A stretch of DNA of 64,000 nucleotides from Haplodiscus bocki. Lineage: Eukaryota. Shown here piece after piece: positions 12,601 to 24,800 of the stretch. The stretch covers positions 42,284,001 through 42,348,000 of the forward strand of contig OZ296649.1 of the NCBI GenBank assembly GCA_965655095.1. Reading direction: 5' to 3'. The translations under genes and the position numbers were made by a program. Positions within the stretch are counted from its first letter, which is position 1; each line of letters begins with the position of its first letter. A model generated the notes under the pieces. That model saw nothing but the letters and a program-made list of their open reading frames with translations. It had not been told where the DNA came from and made no database searches.

Positions 12601-15600
12601 AACAACTCAGATTGTGACCGAAATCTTCAGCAACTGTTATTCCAATATCTTCACAGTTCTCTCTAGCACAGAGTAACGAATGACTTATCAAATAGAGGGT
12701 GTTGTAGAGAATTGGAAGCACAAGAACAATTGGACATTTCAACCGATTTAGTTAATTTCGAGCGTAATTATAACATCGAAGCAAATTCATCGGTTCAACG
12801 GGAACAATTTTCTACGTTTACATCGCTACTCAAAATTGTCCGGACGGCTTCTGACTTTGGAGTTACTTCATCCCTAAAATATGGCAGGTCTGTCTTGTGA
12901 CAGGCGACTAAAATAGTAAGATTTCTCAAACACGTTCGAAAATTGAGTTTGCGGTAAAAGAAGGTGTTTTTTTTTCAGTTGAGGTTGGGTGGCAAACAAA
13001 TTTGCTGTGGATTGCCTATCGAAAATTGTTTCCCGAGATTCTTGTCTATCTGATTTTTGAATTTTATCACAAGAAAATCATTAGTTGGAAAGTTGGAGGA
13101 TTTAGAAGGTTTCAGGAATAAAGCGCAATTTTCGAAACAAAAACGGATTTAACCCTAAATGGTTTTTTTTCGTTAAAACCTCTTTCCCACAAACGTCATT
13201 GTTCCTGCAACAAATCATTTGTGGAAGTTTTGTTGAAGAAACTACTTTTTCACAAGAAAACGCTTTTTTTTGGAAACAATCATCAGCAAAATTTGAGGGC
13301 TGAAAAGCTTCCCGTGGTAGCCGGCTGTCTTGTTTAAGTTCACTACCACTTTCATCGCAGTGAGCTAGTTTTGAGTTTCCATTGATTGATTTTCTTTGTT
13401 TTCAGCTGTTCCCTTTAGAGCAGCAACGCTTTTAACGTCTGTCCACATAAAAACCTCAAGGTGTTCTGGGATCTTGGGTAAGTAGTTTTCATTTTGGGAG
13501 AGAACTCTCCCTTAGGTTGATGTCTGAGAAACCCCTCACGTTACCGTCATCCAATCTGATTTTTCATGATCGGTAGCCTCAAATGTTTTCCGCGAATCGA
13601 GGAGATCTTCCTGCCATTTTAGGTTTTTTGTTTGTATCATCGTGCCGTAAGTTTGACAACAGCATTATGAATGCGGTGTTGTTTTTCAAAAAAGCAGTTT
13701 TTTGGATTTGAGAAAGATCAAATCTTCGGAAAGGTAAGTAAAACCACTTTTGCAAAACTATTTGAAAGGAAATGTTTAAAAGTGTGCAGGTGTTTTTCGG
13801 CCTGTCTTTTTCTTCCCTTACTGTAGAGCCCTTTCTGAACCGGAAGTACTTCAGTCTTTGCAAGAGGTCTGCAAAAAAATCCACGGAAAAGATTGAATAA
13901 AAGGGCCAGTTAATTATTGAAGTCGTACTACTCGTCCTCGAATGACAATAACGTTATGTAACTCATCATCAGACCGAGATTTGTAGCAAAGGACTTGTAT
14001 TAGTTTATCAGGTGGTTGCTTGGAAATGGGTGAAATCTAATGTGATTCCACAGTGTTTTCCGAGTCTTTTCTCAACCGAATCAGAAAGTGACCGGAAATT
14101 TCGTCAATGGTTGTCCCTATATCTTCAAGGTTCGCAGTAGCCTCAATTAACGAATGACTTATCAAATAGAGGGTGTTGTAGAGAACTTAAAGCACCAGAA
14201 CATATGGACATTTCAACGAATTTACTTTCTTTCGGGCGTAAATATAACAAAGAAGCATAGTCATTGATTCAACGGGAACGGTTTTCTACCGCATAGTTCA
14301 CTAATCAAAAGTTTCCTGACCTTAGAATCTCTTCATCCCTGAAATATGGCAAGTGTGTCGTGTGAGAGGCGGCTAAGTTAGATAGACTTCTCAAAAAAGT
14401 GCGAAACCGGAGTTTGCGGTAAAATAAGGTGTTTTCCTTCAGATAAGTTTGGATGGCAAGTTTCCTGCGGATTGCCTATCGAATAATGCTTCCCGAGATT
14501 GTTTACCATCTGATTTCTGAAATTTATCACAAGAAAATTACTATTTGGAAAGTTGGAGGATTTAGAAAGTTTCAGGAAGAAAGCGCAAATTTCGACAGAA
14601 AAAACAATTTAAACCCAAATAAGTTTTCTTCTTTAAAACATCTTCCTCACAAAGGTCCTTGGTTTTGCGACGATTCATTTCTGGCAGGTTTGTTGAATCA
14701 ACTACTTTTTGTCGAGGAAACGCTTTTTCTTCCTGAAAACCATCATTTTCATAATTTGAGGGCAGAAACGCTTGCCGTGGTAGCCGCCTGTCTTGTTTCC
14801 TGTTTTTAGTTTCCATTGATTGATTTTCTCTGTTTTCGGCTGTTCTGTTCAGAGCAACAACGCTTTTGTCGTCTGAGAACTTAAACATCTCAAGTTGTTC
14901 TGGGTCCTTGGGTAAGTAGTTTTTTTTCGGAGAGAAAATTCCCTTAGGTTGATCTCTGAGTAACGCCTCACTTTACCGTCGTCCAATCTGACATTTCATG
15001 ATCAGTAGAGTCAACTACTTTTCGCCAGTCAAGGAGATGTTCCTGACATTTTTCGTCTTTTGGTTGAGTCATCTTGCCGTAAGTTCAACATTAAATCAAC
15101 AGTGAAGTGTTGCTTTCAGTTAAGCAAATTTTTTGTTTTGGGAAAGATCAAATCTTCCGAAATGTAATTAAAACCAATTTTGCATAACACTTTGAAAGGA
15201 ATTGTTTCAAAGAGTGAAGGTGTTTTTTGGACGGTTTTTTTTCGTTTGTTACTGTAGAGCCGTTTCTTGACCGGAACTACTTCAATTTTTGGAAGAAGTC
15301 TGATAAAAGCCATAAAAATATCGGATAATAAGGCCAGCTAAATTTTCAAGTCATACTACTTGTCCTCTTTAATGACAATAACAATGTGTAACTCATCATC
15401 ACAACGAGATTTGTAGTAAAGGATTTGTATCAAATTATCAGAGGCTTTCTTGAAGATGGGTGATGTCTAATTTGATTCCACAGTGTTTTCCGAGTTTTTT
15501 CTCAACCGAATCAGAAAGTGACCGGAGTTTTCGTCAATGGTTATCCCTATATCTTGTAAGTTCGCAGTAGCACCAATTAACGACTGACTTATCAAATAGA

Positions 15601-18600
15601 GGGTGTTGTAGAGAAACTGAAGCACTAGAACATATGGACGTTTCAACCAATTTACATAATTTCGGGCGTAATTATAACATCGAAGCATAGTCATCAATTC
15701 ACCGGGACTGATTTTCTACGCTTGCGTTCGCTAATCGAAAATAACCTGACGGCTCCTGACTTTGGAATTTTTTCATGCCTAAAATATGGCACGTCTGTCG
15801 TGTGACAAGTGACTAAAAAAGTAAGATTTCTCAAACACGTCCAAGTTTTGAGTTTGCGGTAAAATACGGTGTTTTTCTTCGGAAAAAGTTGCGTCGAAAA
15901 TTTGATGTGGATTGCCTATCGATTATTGTTTCCTGAGATTGTTTTCCATCTGAATTCTGAATTTTTGGGCAAGCAGATCACCATTTGGAGAGTTGGTGGA
16001 ATTAGAAAGATTCAAGAAGAAAACTCAATTTTCGAAAAAAAAACGGTTTAAACCTAAATGTTTTTATTTCTTTAAAACATCTTTTTTCCCACAAACTTCA
16101 GTGTTCATGCGAAGAATCATTTGTGGAAGGCTTGTTTAAGCAACTGTTTTCTGTCGAGGCAACGCCTTTTGTTCTTAAAATCATCATCAGCAATGTTTGA
16201 ACCTTGAAAAAATTCCCTTGGTAGCCGGCTGTCTTGTTTAATTTCACAACCAGTTTTCTCGCAGTGAGCCACTTTTGAGTTTGCATTGATTGATTTTCTT
16301 TGTATTCAGCTATTCCCTCAAAGCAACAACGCTTTTTTTGTCTGAGAACAAAGAAAACACAAGGTGTTCTGGGACCTTGGGTAAGTAGTTTTTATTTTGG
16401 TTGAGAAATTTCCCTTAGGTTGACCTCTGAGGAATGCGTCACGTTACCGTCTTCTAATCTGATTTTCATGATCAGTAGCATCAATTGCTTTTCGCCAATC
16501 AAGAGGATGTTCCTGACAACTTTGGTCTTTTGGTTGCGTCATCGTGCCGTAAGTTCAACATTAACATCAACAGTGCAGTGTTGCTTTTCAGTTAAGCAAA
16601 TTTTTTGATTTGAAAAAGATCAAATCTTCCGAAACGTAAGTAAAACCAATTTTGCACAACTTTTTGAAAGCAAAAGTTCCAAAGAGTGGAGGTGTTTTTT
16701 GGCCGGTGTTTTTCTTTTCCTACTGTAGAGCCCTTCCTTTACCGGTTGTACTTCAATTTTTGAGAGAAGTCTGGGAGGAGCCATGGAAAATATTGGATAC
16801 TAAGGCCAAGTAAATATTGAAGTCATACTACTTGTCCTCTTTAATGACAATAAAGTTATGTAACTCATCATCACAACGAGATTTGTAGTAAAGGACTTGT
16901 ATTAATTTATCAGATGCTTTCTTGAAGTTGGGTGAAGTCTAATGTGATTCCACAGTGTTTTCCGAGTCTTTTCTCAACCGAATCAGAATTTGACCGAAAC
17001 TCTCGTCAATGGTTTTCCCTACATCTTCAAAGTTCGCATTAGCACTAATTAACGAATGACATATCAAAGAGAGGGTGTTGTAGAGAACTTGAAGCACCAG
17101 AACATATGGACAATTCAACCATTTTATTTAATTTCGGGCGTTATTATAACATAGAGCATAGTCATCGATTCAACGGGAACGATTTTTTACGTTTATGTTC
17201 GCTAATCAAAAATTTCCAGACGCTTCCTGACTTTGGTATTTCTTCATCCCTAAAATATGGCAGGTTTGTTGCGTGACAGGCAGCTAAGATTAAAAGATTT
17301 CTCAAATACGTTCGAAATTTGATCGAAATTTTCAGTTTGCGGTGAAATGAGGCGTTTTTCTTCAGAAGAGGTTGGGTGCCAAATTTGTTGTGGGTTGCCT
17401 ATCGAATATTGTTTCCCGAGATTGTTTTCCATCTGAATTCTGAGTTTTCGGGCAAGATGATCAGTACTTGGAGAGTTGGTGGAATTAGAAAGATTCAAGA
17501 TGAAAGCTGAAATTTCGAAAGAAAAAAGGATTTAAACCTAAATGGTTTTATTTCATTACAACATTTTTTTCCCAAAAACGTCACTGTTCTTATGAAGAAT
17601 CAATTGTGGAAGGTTTGTTGAAGCAACTACCTTTGTCGAGCAAACGCTTTTTCTTTCGGAAAATCATCATCAGCAAAATTTGGAGGCTGAAAAACTTTCC
17701 GTGGTAGCCGGCTGTCTTGTTTAATTTCACAACCAGTTTTCTTGCGGTGAGCAACTTTTGAGTTTGCATTGATTGATTTTCTTTGTTTTCAGCTGTTCCT
17801 TTCAGAGCAACAACGCTTTTATCGTCTGAGAACATAAAAAACTCAAGGTGTTCTGGGTCCTTGGGTAAGTAGTTTTTTTTCGGAGAAAAAATTCCCTTAG
17901 GTTGATCTCTGAGTAACGCCTCACTTTACCGTCATCCAATCTGACATTTCATGATCAGTAGAGTCAACTACTTTTCGCCAGTCAAGGAGATGTTCCTGAC
18001 ATTTTTCGTCTTTTGGTTGCGTCATCGTGCCGTAAGTTCAACAATAACATGAATAGTGCAGTGTTGTTTTTCAAATAAGCAAAATTTATGCTTTGAGAAA
18101 GATCAATTCTTCCGAAACGTAAGTAAAACCAATTTTGCATAACTTTTTGATGGGGATAGTTCTAAAGACTGAAGGTGTTTTTGGCCGGTATTTTTATTTT
18201 CTTACTGTAGAGGCCTTTCTGAAACGGAAGTTCTTCTTTTTTTGGAAGAAGTTTGGAAGAAGCCCTGGAAGAAAATGAATATTAAGGCCAGCTAAATACT
18301 GAAGTCATACTTTTTGTCCTCTTTAATGACAATAACGCTATGTAACTCATCATCAGACCGAGATTTGCAGCAAAGGACTTGTATTAGTTTATCAGTCGGT
18401 TGCTTGGAAATGGGTGAAATCTAATGTGATTCCACAGTGTTTTCCGAGTTTTTTCTCAACCGAATCAGAATGTGACCGAAAATTTTGTCAATGGTTGTCC
18501 CTATATCTTCAAGGTTCGCTGTAGCTCTAATTAACGATTGACTTATCAAATAGAAGGTGTTGTAGAGAACTTGAAGCACTAGAACATATGGAAATTTCAA

Positions 18601-18619
18601 CCAATTTACTTGATGTCGG

Positions 18620-21600
18620 GCTCGATTGTAACATCGAAGCATAGTCATCGGATCAACGGGAACGATTTTCTACGCTTACGTTCGCTAATCAGAAACTACT
18701 GGATGCTTTCTGAAATTGGAATTTCTTCATCCTTAAGGTATGGCAGGTCTGTCATGTGACAGGCGAGTAAAACAGTAAGACTTTTTCCAATACGTGCGAA
18801 ACTTGAGTTTGAGGTAAATAAGGTAATGTTCTTCAGATAAGGTTGGGTGCCAAATTTCATAAGGATTGCATATCGAATATAGTTTCCCGAGATTGTTTTT
18901 CATCTGAATTCTGGATTTTCGGGCAAAAAGATCAATCCTTGGAGAGTTGGTAGAATTAGAAAGATTCAGGAAAGAAGCTCATTTTTCGAGAGAATGAACG
19001 ATTTAAATCTAAACGGTTTTCATTCATTAAAACATATTTTTTCCCACAAACGTCATTGTTCTTGCGGAGAATCGTTTGTGGAAGGTTTGTTGAAGCAACT
19101 ACTTTTTGTCGAGGGAACGCCTCTTCTTCCTGAAAATCTTCATCAGCAAAGTTTGAAGCCCGAAAAACTTCCCGTGGTAGCCGGCTGTTTTGTTTAATTT
19201 CACAACCTGTTTTCTCGCAGTGAGCCAGTTCTGAGTTTCCATTGATTGACTTTCTTTGTTTTCAGCTGTTCCGTTCAGAGCAACAACGCTTTTATCGTCT
19301 GAGAGCATAAAAAACTGAAGGTGTTCTGGGACCTTGGGTCAGTAGTTTTTAATTTGGGAGAAGAATTTCTCTTCGGTTGATCTCTGAGGAACGCCTCACG
19401 TTACCGTCATCCTATCTAATACTTCATGATCTGTAGCTTCAAATGCTTTTCGCCAATCAAGGAAAATTTCCTGAATGTTTTGGTTTTTTGGTTGTGTCAT
19501 AGTGGCACAAGTTCGACAATAGCATCGATATTGCAGTATTGTTTTTCAAAAAGGCAGTTTTTTTGATTTGAGAAAGATCAAATCTTCCGAAATGTAAGTT
19601 TAACCAGTTTTGTATAACTCTTTCAGAGGAAATGTTTCAAAGAGTGAAGGTAATTTTTGGCCGGTAGTTTTTTTACTGTAGGGCCCTTTTCGAACCGGAA
19701 GTACTTCAATTTTGGGAAGAAGTTTCGAAAAATCCCTAGAAAAGATTGAATAACAAGGCCAGCTATATTTTGATGTCATACTACTTGTCCTCTTGATGAC
19801 AAAAACGTAGCTTGAATGACAAAAACGTAGTGTAACTCTTCGTCACACCGAGATTTGTAGTAAAGGACTTGTAGATATTTATCAGATGCTTTCCTGAAGA
19901 TGGGTGAAATCTAATGTGATTCCACAATGTTTTCCGAGTCTTTTGTCGAACGAATCAGAATGTGACCGAAAATTTCTTAAATGGTTATCCCTATATCTTC
20001 ACAATTCTTAGTAGCATTGTTTAACGAATGTCTTATCAAATAGAGGTTGTTGTAGAGAACTTAAAACACTAGACCATATGGACATTTCAGCCAATTTACT
20101 TTTCTTTTGGGCGTACTTATATCATCGAAGCATAGTCATCGACACAACGGGAGCGATTTACCGATTTACTACGTTTACGTCGCTAATCAAAATTATGAGG
20201 ACGGTTCCTGACTTCGGAAATTGTTCATCCCTACAATGTGGCTGGTCTCTCGTGTGACAGGCGACTAAAATAGTAAGATTTCTCAAATACAAGCGAAAAG
20301 TGAGTTTGCGGTAAAATAGGGTGTTGTTTTGCAAATAAGGTTGGGTGGCAAATTTGATGTGGATTGCCAATCGAATATTGTTTGCCGAGGTTGTTTTTCA
20401 CCTTTTTTCTGGATTTTGGGGCAAAAAAATCACTACTTGTAGAGTTGGTGGAATTAGAAAGATTCAGGAAGAAAGCTCATCTTTCGGAAAGATAAACGAT
20501 TTAAACCTAAACGATTTCAATTCTTACTAACATTTTTTGCCCACAAACGTCACTGTTCTTGCGGAGAATCGTTTGTGGAGGTTTGCTTAAGCCAATGTTT
20601 TTTGTCGAGGGAACGCCTTTTCTTTCTGAAAACCATCATCAGCAAAATTTGAAGCCTGAAAAACTTCCCGTGGTAGCCGGCTGTTTTGTTTAATTTCACA
20701 ACCAGTTTTCTCGCAGTGAGCCAGTTTTGAGTTTCCATTGATTGACTTTCTTTGTTTTCAGCTGTTCCCTTTAGAGCAACAACGCTTTTATCGTCTGAGC
20801 ACATAAACAACTCAAGTTGTTCTGGGACCATGGGTAAGTAGTTTTGAATTTGGGAGAGAAACTTCACTTAGGTTGATCTCTGAGGAATGCCTCACGTTAC
20901 CGTCATCCTATCTAACACTTCATGATCAGTAGCATCAAATGCTTTTTGCCAATCAAGGAGATATTTCTGACTGTTTTAGTTTTTTGGTTGCGTCATTGTG
21001 CCGTAAGTTCGACAATAGCATCAAGAATGCAGTGTTGTTTTTCAAATAAGCAAGTTTTTCAATTTGAGAAAGATCAAGTTTTCCGAAATAGAAGTATAGC
21101 CAGTTTTGTATAACTCTTTCAGAAGGAATTGGTTCAAAGAGTGAAGGTATTTTTTGGCCGGTATTTTTTTTACTGTAGAGCCCTTTCTGAATCGGAAGTA
21201 CTTCAATTTCTGGAAAAAGTCTGGGAAAAGCCCTGCAAAAAACTGAATAATAGGGCCAGCTAAATATTGAAGTCACACTACTTGTCTTTTTTAATGATAA
21301 TAACGTTATGTAGCTCATCATCAGACCGAGATTTGTAGTAAAAGACTTGCATTACTTTATCAGATGCTATCTTGAAGATGGGTGAAGTCTAATGTGATTC
21401 CACAGTGTTTCCGAGTGTTTTCACAACCGAATCAGAGTTTGACCGAAATTCTCGTCAATGGTGATTCCTATACCTTCAAAGATCGCAGTAGCACTAATTA
21501 ACGAATGAGTTGTCAAGTAGAGTGTGTTTTAGAGAAGTTGAAACACGAGAACAAGTGGACATTTACACCAATTTACTTGATTTCGGGCGTAATTATAACA

Positions 21601-21650
21601 TCGAAGCATAGTCATCGGTTCAACGGGAACGATTTTCTAAGTTTACGTTG
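18620..21650 (+). repeat. Copy 1 of a ~3 kb patchy duplication; partner at ~30330-33360 (offset ~11,712)
   Basis: A private 19-bp duplication (cttg(a)atgacaaaaacgtag x2) occurs at 19792-19830 and 31504-31542. ORFs match at 19099/30811, and the private tract cacagtgtttccgagtgttttcacaac occurs at ~21401 and ~33114. Confidence 0.85.
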
Positions 21651-21809
21651 CTAATCAAAAATATCAGGACGGTTCCTGACTCTGGAATTTATTCATCCCT
21701 AAAGTATGGCAGGTTTGTCGTGTGACAGGTGACTAAAAGAGTAAGGTTTCTCAAATACGTGCGAAAATTGAGTTTGCGGTAGAATAGGGTGTTTTTCTTC
21801 AGATAAAGT

Positions 21810-24800
21810 TGGGTGCCAACTTTCATAAGGATTGCCTATCGAATATTGTTTCCCGAGATTGTTTTTCATCTGAATTCTGGACATTCGGGCAGAAGGATCA
21901 CTACTTGGAGAGTTGGTGGAAATAGAAAGATTCAGGAAGAAAGCTCAGTTTCCGAAAATATAAACGATTTAAACCTAATGGATTTCATTTCTTACAATTA
22001 TTTTTTCTCACAAACGTCACTGTTCTTGCGGAGAATCGTTTGTGGAAGGTTTGTTGAAGCAACTACTTTTGTCGAGCAAACGCTTTTTTTTCGGAAAATC
22101 ATCATCAGCAAAATTTGAAGGCTGAAAAACTTTCCGTGGTAGCCGGCTGTTTCGTTTAGGTTCACTAACAGTTTCCTCGCAGTGAGCTAGTTTTGAGTTT
22201 GCACTGATTGATTTTCTTTGTTTTCAGCTGTTCTGTTCACAGCAGCAACGCTTTTATGGTCTGGGAACATAAACGACTCAAATTGTTCTGGGACCTTGGG
22301 TAAGTAGTCTTTTTTGGGAGAAAAATTTCCCTGAGTTTGGACTCTCAGTAACGCCTCACGTTGCCGTCATCCAATTCTGATATTTCTGGATCCGCAGCAT
22401 CAAATGTTTTTCGCTAATCAAGGAGATTTTCGCGACAATTTTGGTCTTTTGGTTGCATCATCGTGCCGTAAGTTCAAAACTAACATCAACAGTGCAGCGT
22501 TGTTTTTCAATTGAGCATTTTTTTGAGTTGAGAAAGATCAATTTTTTCGAAATGTAAAAAAACTTGTTTTGCATGACCCTGTGAAGGAAAATGTTCCTTT
22601 AGTGAAGATTACTTTGGCCGGTATTTTTCTTCTATCACTGTAGAACACTTTCCGAACCGTAAGTACTTCAATTTATGGGAGAAATGCCTGGAAAAGATTG
22701 AATGGTAAGGCCAGTTAAATTTTGATGTCATTCTACTGGCCCTCGAATGACAATAACGTTATGTAACTGATCATCAGACCGAGATTTGTAGCAAAGGACG
22801 TGTATTAGTTCATCAGATGGTTTCATGGAAATGGGCGAAATCTAATGTGATTCCACAGTGTTTTCCGAGTCTTTTTTCAACCGAATCAGATTGTGACCGA
22901 AAATTTCGTCAATCGTTGTCCCTATATCTTCAAGGTTCGCAGCAGCACTAGTTAACGAATGACTTATCAAGTAGAGGGTGTTGTACAGAACTTAAAACAC
23001 CAGAACATTTGGACATTTCAACGAATTTACTTTCTTTCGGGCGTAATTATAACCTTGAAGCATAGTCATCGGATCAACGGGAACGATTTTCTACGCTTAC
23101 CTTCGCTAATCAGAAACTTCCGGATGCTTTCTGCGTTTGGAATTTCTTCATCCTTAAGGTCTGGCAGGTCTGTCATGTGACAGGCGAGTAAAACAGTAAG
23201 ACTTTTTCCAATACGTGCGAAATTGGAGTTTGCGGTAAAAAAGGTGTTGTCCTTCAGATAAGGTTGGGTGCCAAATTTCATAAGGATTGCCTATCGAATA
23301 TTGTTTCCCGAGATTGTTTTTCATCTGAATTCTGGAAATTCGGGCAGAAAGATCACTACTTGGAGAGTTGGTGGAAATAGAAAGATTCAGGAAGAAAGCT
23401 CAATTTCCGAAAATATAAAAGATTTAAACCTAATTTATTTCATTTCTTACAGTTATTTTTTCCCATAAACGTCATTGTTCTTGCGGAGAATCGTTTGTGG
23501 AAGGTTTGTCAAAGCAACTACTTTTTGTCGAGGGAACGCCTCTTCTTCCTGAAAATCATCATCAGCAAAGTTTGCAGCCCGAAAAACTTCCCGTGGTAGC
23601 CGGCTGTTCTGTTTAATTTCACAACCAGTTTTCTCGCAGTGAGCCAGTTTTGAGTTTCCCTTGATTGACTTTCTTTGTTTTCAGCTGTTCCGTTCAGAGC
23701 AACAACGCCTTTATCGTCTGAGAATATAAAAAACTGAAGGTATTCTGGGACCTTGGGTAAGTAGTTCTTAATTTGGGAGAGGAATTTCCCTTCGGTTGAT
23801 CTCTGAGGAACGCCTCACGTTACCGTCATCCTATCTAATACTTCATGATCTGCAGCTTCAAAGGCTTTCCGCCAACCAAGGAGATGTTCCTGACGTTTTT
23901 GGTCTTTTGTTTGCGTCATCGTGCCGTAAGTTCAAAACTAACATCAACAGTGCAGCGTTGTTTTTCAATTGAGCATTTTTTTGAGTTGAGAAAGATCAAT
24001 TTTTTCGAAATGTAAAAAAATTTGTTTTGCATGACCCTGTGAAAGAAAATGTTCCTTAAGTGAAGATTACTTTGGCCGGTCTTTTTCTTCTATCACTGTA
24101 GAACACTTTCCGAACCGTAAGTACTTCAATTTATGGGAGAAATGCCTGGAAAAGATTGAATGGTAAGGCCAGTTAAATTTTGATGTCACTCTACTCGCCC
24201 TCGAATGACAATAACGTTATGTAACTGATCATCAGACCGAGATTTGTAGCAAAGGACGTGTATTAGTTCATCAGATGGTTTCATGGAAATGGGCGAAATC
24301 TAATGTGATTCCACAGTGTTTTCCGAGTCTTTTTTCAACCGAATCAGATTGTGACCAAAAATTTCGTCAATCGTTGTCCCTTTATCTTCAAGGTTCGCAG
24401 TAGCACTAGTTAACGAATGACTTATCAAGCAGAGGGTGTTGTACAGAACTTAAAACACCAGAACATTTGGACATTTCAACGAATTTACTTTCTTTCGGGC
24501 GTAATTATAACCTTGAAGCATAGTCATCGGATCAACGGGAACGATTTTCTACGCTTACCTTCGCTAATCAGAAACTTCCGGATGCTTTCTGCGTTTGGAA
24601 TTTCTTCATCCTTAAGGTCTGGCAGGTCTGTCATGTGACAGGCGAGTAAAACAGTAAGACTTTTTCCAATACGTGCGAAATTGGAGTTTGCGGTAAAAAA
24701 AAGGTGTTGTTCTTCAGATAAGGTTGGGTGCCAAATTTCATAAGGATTGCCTATCGAATATTGTTTCCCGAGATTGTTTTTCATCTGAATTCTGGAAATT

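Noticed and set aside
20762-20833. 72-nt pseudo-exon as a leucine-rich-repeat exon
   Set aside because: The faintly LRR-like frame (SLQSNNAFIV*EHKQLKVFWDLG in the consensus) contains a conserved stop and does not fit the LxxLxLxxN register.
21613-21628. CENP-B-box-like motif catcggttcaacggga in each monomer
   Set aside because: It resembles CTTCGTTGGAAACGGGA, but it lacks the first T of TTCG and is one base short between TCG and CGGG, so the essential spacing is not met.
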